Assembly: GCA_021513695.1 (NCBI GenBank)
Contig: CP084166.1
Coordinates: 1,792,001 to 1,856,000, forward strand
From: Candidatus Heimdallarchaeum aukensis
GTDB lineage: Archaea > Asgardarchaeota > Heimdallarchaeia > Heimdallarchaeales > Heimdallarchaeaceae
DNA: 64,000 nucleotides
Reading direction: 5' to 3'
Shown: piece after piece, positions 59,203 to 64,000 of the stretch
Position numbering within the stretch: the first letter of the stretch is position 1
Layout of the letters: each line of letters opens with the position of its first letter
Program-made: the position numbers and the translations under genes
The notes under the pieces: model-generated
Database searches by the model: none
What the model saw: the letters and a program-made list of their open reading frames with translations, nothing else
Told to the model about the DNA's origin: nothing

Positions 59203-59712
59203 ATGAAACACGAACTAGAAAAAATAAGTCCATATTTATTTCCAAATCCCGCACTATTAATATCCTGCAAGAGTAGTAACAAAGAATCTATAATTACACT
59301 TTCTTGGGTAGGGACAAGTTGTTCTGAACCACCAATGATCTCTGTCGGAATTCGACCCACCAGATATTCGTACAATATTATAAAAGAATCAGGTGAATTT
59401 GTAATTAATGTGCCAACTTCAGAAATGATAGAAAAAGTGAAATTTTGTGGAACAAAATCAGGAAAAGATGTTGATAAGTGGATGGAATGTAATTTTACAA
59501 GAGAGAAACCTAGTAAAGTAAACACACCTTTAATTAAAGAATGTCCTGTAAATATTGAATGTACAGTAAAGAAAATTATTGAGTTAGGAAGTCATCATCT
59601 TTTTATTGCAGAGATTGTTGCAGTTCATATGGATGAAAATTGGAGAAAGAGTAAATATGAAGGGATGCTTACTTATTCTTTGGGTCAGTATGGTAAAACA
59701 GTTCCACTGTAA
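59203..59712 (+). CDS. Flavin reductase-like (FMN-binding split-barrel) domain protein
   Basis: 169 aa. 'ITLSWVGTSCSEPPMISVGIRPTRYSYNIIKESGEFVINVP' fits the flavin_reduct domain pattern. Confidence 0.55.
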   Translation: MKHELEKISPYLFPNPALLISCKSSNKESIITLSWVGTSCSEPPMISVGIRPTRYSYNIIKESGEFVINVPTSEMIEKVKFCGTKSGKDVDKWMECNFTREKPSKVNTPLIKECPVNIECTVKKIIELGSHHLFIAEIVAVHMDENWRKSKYEGMLTYSLGQYGKTVPL

Positions 59713-59719
59713 TTAAAAA

Positions 59720-60022
59720 ATGCGCAAAATTTTTTACGATATGAAACTATTTTATATCAGAGTGATTGAAATGAACAAAGAGAAATATATGACAGACATT
59801 TTGGACATAATGGCCACTCAAAAACGTGGTTTTAGTGTAGCTGATATAATGTTACAATTAAATACTCTTTACGCTCCCAGAGGAGAAAAACCAGATCAAA
59901 AAGTAGTGGAAGAGGTACTCAATGAGCTAACAGAAAAAGGATATCTAAAAAGATTCACTGTCGGAATTATTCCACAGTGGAAAATTACAGAAGAAGGAGA
60001 AGATTACTTTTATAGTCTATAA
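59720..60022 (+). CDS. Small winged-helix-like protein
   Basis: 100 aa. 'VVEEVLNELTEKGYLKRF' is wing-like. The start may be the internal Met. Confidence 0.3.
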   Translation: MRKIFYDMKLFYIRVIEMNKEKYMTDILDIMATQKRGFSVADIMLQLNTLYAPRGEKPDQKVVEEVLNELTEKGYLKRFTVGIIPQWKITEEGEDYFYSL

Positions 60023-60039
60023 AAACATGTGATGCAAGA

Positions 60040-60804
60040 ATGAGCTTTAAAAAAAACATTGGTTTACCAATGGAAAGTTTTGAGGATGAACTTTATTTTA
60101 ATAGAGAACTAATTCATACAAAAGGTTTAAGAGAGTTCTCTTTATCTGAAGTTGTATTTAGGGGGGAAAATAAAGAAGATGAAAAAGAAAAAATAATTGT
60201 TTTTAAAAAATATCAAGACATTTTCCTTACTGAGCATAAACCACATTTTGATGATGTTCGATTTGATATTTTTGTTATTTTACCTGGTTTTCATTCAGGT
60301 GAGTTTAACCATATTCCAGGCTATTATAGGAATTATGCAGACAATGGATTTCATTTTCCTGAACTGTTTCAAGTTGTCGAGGGTTATGCAGAATTTCTTC
60401 TTCAACAACCAGCTGAAAAACATGAAAAAGTAAAAGATTGTATTTTATACAGATGTCAAGTTGGAGAAATAGTTACAATACCTCCAGCACATGGAGTAAC
60501 AATAATCAACCCTACCGATAAAAAAACAGTTGTAATTCGACTTAGAGCTAGAGATGCAGAGTCTATCCATGAGCATTACAATATGACGAGAGGAGCATGT
60601 TATTACAGAGAACAAAATGATAAATGGATTTTTAATTCCAACTATGAAGAAATAGCAACAATGAAGCTGCTACCTACACAAAAAAAATGGAAAGTTTTTC
60701 AAAAAGAGATCCCAATTTACCAATCGTTTATTAACAACACATGGTCTCAAAAATTTCTACTGGAACCAAATCCTGTTGATTTCATAATAGATACACTCAT
60801 ATAA
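60040..60804 (+). CDS. Cupin-fold protein (possibly cupin-type sugar-phosphate isomerase-like)
   Basis: 254 aa. 'FHSGEFNHIPGYYRNYADNGFHFPELFQVVEGYAEFLL' and 'IVTIPPAHGVTIINP' resemble the two cupin metal-binding motifs (G.H.H...E... and P...H..N). Confidence 0.3.
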   Translation: MSFKKNIGLPMESFEDELYFNRELIHTKGLREFSLSEVVFRGENKEDEKEKIIVFKKYQDIFLTEHKPHFDDVRFDIFVILPGFHSGEFNHIPGYYRNYADNGFHFPELFQVVEGYAEFLLQQPAEKHEKVKDCILYRCQVGEIVTIPPAHGVTIINPTDKKTVVIRLRARDAESIHEHYNMTRGACYYREQNDKWIFNSNYEEIATMKLLPTQKKWKVFQKEIPIYQSFINNTWSQKFLLEPNPVDFIIDTLI

Positions 60805-60884
60805 AATAACTTTTTCTTTTTTCATCAACAGTCCTTGAGAGCAAAATTAGAGTATAAAAAAATAAACAATAAAATTGACAAATG

Positions 60885-61286
60885 TCATTTAAGCTTATTG
60901 AGAGTTTCCAACAAGCTTTTTATTGCATTATTAATAGAAATTATTTCATCTATCTTATCAGAAATTTCTAGCTGCTTATTTAATTGACTTAATTTTTTCA
61001 TGATTACACTTTGTGTTTCAAGTAGAGTTTCATTGGTAATATTGCTACCATGCTGCGATATCTGGTACTGGGATTTGACTTGATTCGAGGGCATTTGCTT
61101 CCTTTGCTGTAATTTTGATTTTTCATCAACCAATACATACTCTTGTTTACATTTAACACAAATTGTTTTACCACCATACTCATATAAGGGAGAATAGCAT
61201 TTAGGACAAGCCTTATTTAACATTTTTCCACCCTTCAATAGTATGTCTGCCCCTGCTTTTGAATAATCGTCAGAACTGTTGTTCAT
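60885..61286 (-). CDS. UPF0148 / autoantigen-p27-family zinc-ribbon protein
   Basis: 133 aa. 'ADILLKGGKMLNKACPKCYSPLYEYGGKTICVKCKQEY' matches the family core (LL.G..ML...C..C..PL....G...C..C), followed by a coiled-coil tail. Confidence 0.55.
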   Translation of the reverse strand: MNNSSDDYSKAGADILLKGGKMLNKACPKCYSPLYEYGGKTICVKCKQEYVLVDEKSKLQQRKQMPSNQVKSQYQISQHGSNITNETLLETQSVIMKKLSQLNKQLEISDKIDEIISINNAIKSLLETLNKLK

Positions 61287-61324
61287 TAGTTTCTTGTATT
61301 TTTTTTCATTATATAATATTTATT

Positions 61325-61340
61325 ATAGAAAATAAAATTA
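61325..61340. repeat. Left copy of the 16-bp direct repeat flanking the IS-like element
   Basis: 'atagaaaataaaatta' is identical to 62360-62375. The preceding 4 nt are nearly identical too (tatt vs taca). Confidence 0.6.
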
Positions 61341-62359
61341 TGTTTACTCAATAGACTTGGGTTACACTTTTGGGCAATAGAGAAACATAGGGGTGATTCA
61401 TAAATCTTTCTCCTGGGGTGAGGAAGTTAAGAGATTGGTGAGGACGACTAAAATTGTAGTAAGAGCGGTAGTAGGAGAGATCAGCGTTGCAGTATTTTAG
61501 ACCTAATCTTTCCATCTCACGGATGATGGTTGGGTCCCATGTAGTCTTTCTACTTTTCCACATGTTTCGGGGTGAAAAACTCTAGCTCTGATGTGTTTTA
61601 TTTCCTCTGTTTGGCACCAACGGGAGAAGGTACTTGTTCCTCCTCTAACGGAAGAGAAGAGTGCTCCATTGTCCGTGAGGATAGACTCGGGGTAACCGTA
61701 CTCTTTTATTGCTTCCTCTAGCAAACTTATTATCTGCTCTTTTTTTGGCGCAAAAGGGTGGAATTTAGCTCCCAGACAGAATCGTGAGTGGTCGTCTATC
61801 AAGGTTATGAGGTGGAGATGTTGTCCCTGTTCTTCTACCCAGAATGGCCCTTTCACATCTATTTGCCAGAGTTCGTTAGGTTTTTGACGTTCAAAACTCT
61901 TGTATCGAGGTCTCTTCCTCTTTTTTCTATTAACCCATAAAGGAAGACCTAACTCTTTTATTACTTTCGTCACTGTCGTCTGAGAGAGTGCTTTTCCTTC
62001 TCTCTTCAACAAATAAGCTATCTTCTCCACATTCATTCCTTGTTTTATTCTTAACTCCCTTATCCTCTCTTTTAACTCCTCATCTACTTTTTTGTGTATA
62101 GTTTTTGGTCTGGAAGATCTATCTTTCCACCAACCATTCTCCTTCAGGGTTCTCTCTGAACCTCTTCAACCACTTATACACAAACTTCCTACTCACCATA
62201 TACTTGTGAGCTATCTCTTTTATCTTTTCTCCTTCCAAAGCTTTTTTAACCACAATCTTTCTTAGTTTCTCCAGGTTACGTTCGGGTTTGTTCATAATAT
62301 ATCACTTACCCACGTAACCCACTTCTATTTATTTGTTACCAATGTGAGTTGAGTATACA
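61341..62359 (-). mobile_element. IS-like element, about 1.0 kb, with imperfect terminal inverted repeats and a frameshifted DDE transposase; higher GC than its surroundings
   Basis: Ends are 'TGTTTACTCAA...' (61341) and '...TTGAGTATACAA' (62359). The reverse complement of the right end, TTGTATACTCAA, matches the left end, and both ends contain a nearby GGGTTAC motif. Flanked by identical 16-bp direct repeats. The interior is visibly more G+C-rich. Confidence 0.6.
61348..62295 (-). pseudogene. DDE (rve-family) transposase/integrase split into three reading frames: HTH orfA 62295..62119, core 62165..61503, C-terminal 61563..61348
   Basis: orfA begins 'MNKPERNLEKLRKIVVKKALEGEKIKEIAHKYMVSRKFVYKWLKRFRENPEGEWLVER*' (HTH). 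The next frame is shifted by +1 relative to orfA and carries '...NELWQIDVKGPF...HLITLIDDHSRFCL...ILTDNGALFSS' (DDE core). A third frame carries 'YNFSRPHQSL', the rve C-terminal motif. Confidence 0.65.
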
Positions 62360-62375
62360 ATAGAAAATAAAATTA
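62360..62375. repeat. Right copy of the 16-bp direct repeat flanking the IS-like element
   Basis: 'atagaaaataaaatta' is identical to 61325-61340. Confidence 0.6.
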
Positions 62376-62404
62376 GAATAAAATATTCTTCAAATTATAC
62401 AATT

Positions 62405-63781
62405 TTATTCAATTAGTTTTTCAAGCTTTTCAACTATGTTGGAGATCCACTTAAATTGTTCCTTTGTTGGAGCTTCGAAGTATATTCTAATTTTTGGTTC
62501 TGTCCCTGATTTTCTAATCAATATCCAAGTTCCATCTTCAAAATCGAACCTTAAACCGTCAAAATCTAAGACGTTCTTTTTATAGGAAGCACAGATTGTG
62601 GTTAACTGATTCTTTAGTGAATTGAAAATAAGGTCTGCATTTTCTTCTGAAACAAGGTAGGATCTTCTTTCTGAAAAAAAGCTTGGAATTGTTTTAATTC
62701 TAGTATGAAGTGAACAGTTTTTTTCCACCAATTCTTTTAAAATTACAACTGCGCCAAATAATCCATCAATCCACAGCCCCCACTCTAAAGGGAATATGGG
62801 TTTCCATGGTTCAGCAGCAAAAACAACTTGTTCTCCATTATTAATCAACTCTAAAACCTTAGTATGAAGATCACCAAGGGGAGCACGAACAACTTTTACA
62901 GGATAAGCATTTAATGAATTATCGATACATGTCGACGAATCTATGCTAAGGACAACAATGCCGTCTTTCTTCGTAGTAAGTGATAACTGAGCAAGCAAAG
63001 CATTTACTCTTGACAACTCTATAAAATTACCTTGTTCATCAATAAATGAAACTCTGTCTCCATCTCCATCATGAGCAATACCAATAACACCTTTTTCTTT
63101 ACATAAATTAATAAGCACAGATAGATTTTCTCTACTTGGCTCTGCTAAACGACCAGGAAAACTCCCATCAATACTAGAATTAATTGTAATAACGTTAAAA
63201 CCTAGAGCAGAAAAGATTTTTGGGGATAAAAGGCTCATTGGTCCATTTGCACAGTCAACAATTAAAGTTCTATTATCAGCTTTAAAGTTTGTTTTTTGAA
63301 TTATAGCATTAAAATATTGAGAATTGGCATCGACTATTTTTCTTTGTTTTTTTATCTCATTCCAGTTAGAATGCAAAATTGATTTAAAAAGAGCTATCTC
63401 TTTTTCAAGTTTATTTTGCTCTTTTTCTGTAAATTCTCGCCCATTATATAATAATTTAATTCCATTATACTCTGGGGGGTTGTGAGAAGCAGTAATATAA
63501 ATTCCTATTTTATGTTCTGGTTTCTGTGACATAAATGCAATAACTGGAAAAGTGCATAATCCAACATCAAACACTTGTGCTCCATTTATAGATATCGTTG
63601 CCAATGCATATTGAGCTAATGATTCTGAACTTGTTCTAGCATCATGTCCCACAATAATTCCCTCATTAGGGAACATTTTAACCACAGCCTGGCTCAATTT
63701 TATTATAAGACCAGCTGTAACCTTCTTTCCGAATAATCCTCGTATTCCTGCAGTACCAAATAATTTCGTAGGAGAGTTCAT
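62405..63781 (-). CDS. Phosphohexomutase of the PGM/PMM/GlmM family (paralog 2)
   Basis: 458 aa. 'GTAGIRGLFGK', active-site 'TASHNPPEYNGIKL', 'IAHDGDGDR' metal-binding loop. Same architecture as the 5494..6879 gene but clearly divergent. Confidence 0.7.
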   Translation of the reverse strand: MNSPTKLFGTAGIRGLFGKKVTAGLIIKLSQAVVKMFPNEGIIVGHDARTSSESLAQYALATISINGAQVFDVGLCTFPVIAFMSQKPEHKIGIYITASHNPPEYNGIKLLYNGREFTEKEQNKLEKEIALFKSILHSNWNEIKKQRKIVDANSQYFNAIIQKTNFKADNRTLIVDCANGPMSLLSPKIFSALGFNVITINSSIDGSFPGRLAEPSRENLSVLINLCKEKGVIGIAHDGDGDRVSFIDEQGNFIELSRVNALLAQLSLTTKKDGIVVLSIDSSTCIDNSLNAYPVKVVRAPLGDLHTKVLELINNGEQVVFAAEPWKPIFPLEWGLWIDGLFGAVVILKELVEKNCSLHTRIKTIPSFFSERRSYLVSEENADLIFNSLKNQLTTICASYKKNVLDFDGLRFDFEDGTWILIRKSGTEPKIRIYFEAPTKEQFKWISNIVEKLEKLIE

Positions 63782-63855
63782 TAATTAAAAAGAAGTATAG
63801 TTCTTAAAAAAATTACTAAAAAAGAAATATGTGAAGGGTTTTTACTAGCACAAAA

Positions 63856-64000
63856 TTATCTGTAAGATTTCTGGAATCTTGAACGAGCACTTGGTCCTCC
63901 AAAATGTTTAGGTTCTGTTCTCCTTGGATCTCCAGAAATAATTGTTTTGTCATATGCAACAAATTTCTCTTTCAAGGTCTCATCCTCAAAATAGTTTACA
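63856..64000 (-). CDS. 3'-terminal fragment of a gene running off the window (C-terminus '...[35 protein letters not shown]')
   Basis: The minus-strand frame is open from the window edge to the stop (TAA) at 63856-63858. The basic tail suggests a small nucleic-acid-binding or ribosomal protein; identity not assigned. Confidence 0.3.
   Translation of the reverse strand, partial: VNYFEDETLKEKFVAYDKTIISGDPRRTEPKHFGGPSARSRFQKSYR

Noticed and set aside
59196-59525. 109-aa minus-strand ORF
   Set aside because: It is antisense to the flavin-reductase-like gene, which has a recognisable domain pattern.
61325-62375. Interpreting the 16-bp flanking repeats as an att site of an integrated provirus or plasmid
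   Set aside because: The bounded segment is only about 1 kb, encodes only a transposase, and is not adjacent to a tRNA gene. An IS element explains it more simply.
1-64000. CRISPR arrays, cas genes, restriction-modification or toxin-antitoxin pairs
   Set aside because: I scanned for regularly spaced direct repeats and for characteristic Cas, REase or MTase motifs and found none. The only repeats are the 42-bp intragenic duplication and the IS-flanking 16-mers.

Overview
This 64-kb window comes from an AT-rich archaeal chromosome (roughly 30-33% GC, judged by eye). Both strands are densely coding, and the content is almost entirely housekeeping.

The largest group is information processing and RNA modification. 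It includes Hef, UMP kinase, archaeal-type AspRS, TFE, Csl4 with RpoL, the conserved L21e-RpoF-DUF655-KsgA block followed by three further methyltransferases, aIF2alpha with Nop10, SRP54, TrmY with Pus10, aTrm56, Trm5-like, PAN, NAC, aMBF1, aRF1, a candidate eL38, S27e, PCNA and a putative Gins51.

The A/V-type ATPase genes are dispersed across the window: D alone, F with H, and A with B. There is a UDP-GlcNAc precursor gene set: GlmS, a GlmU-like nucleotidyltransferase/acetyltransferase, a SIS-domain isomerase, two phosphohexomutase paralogs and an epimerase. Two exported thioredoxin-fold modules are present, one of them fused to a DsbD/CcdA membrane domain.

Four tRNA genes all encode their 3' CCA. 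tRNA-Ile(GAU) and tRNA-Leu(UAA) each carry a roughly 38-nt intron at the canonical 37/38 position, and a tRNA-splicing endonuclease gene lies in the same window. The atpA gene is interrupted by a 501-aa intein inserted in the P-loop, whose LAGLIDADG motifs look degenerate. A roughly 1-kb IS-like element with visibly higher GC and a multiply frameshifted DDE transposase sits near the 3' end.

I found no CRISPR array and no recognisable defence or toxin-antitoxin island. The most system-like candidates are the intein, the tRNA intron and endonuclease set, the exported thiol-disulfide modules with a non-canonical C-terminal anchor, and a few conserved-neighbourhood proteins of unknown function. 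Product calls rest on remembered family motifs and conserved archaeal gene order, not on database searches.
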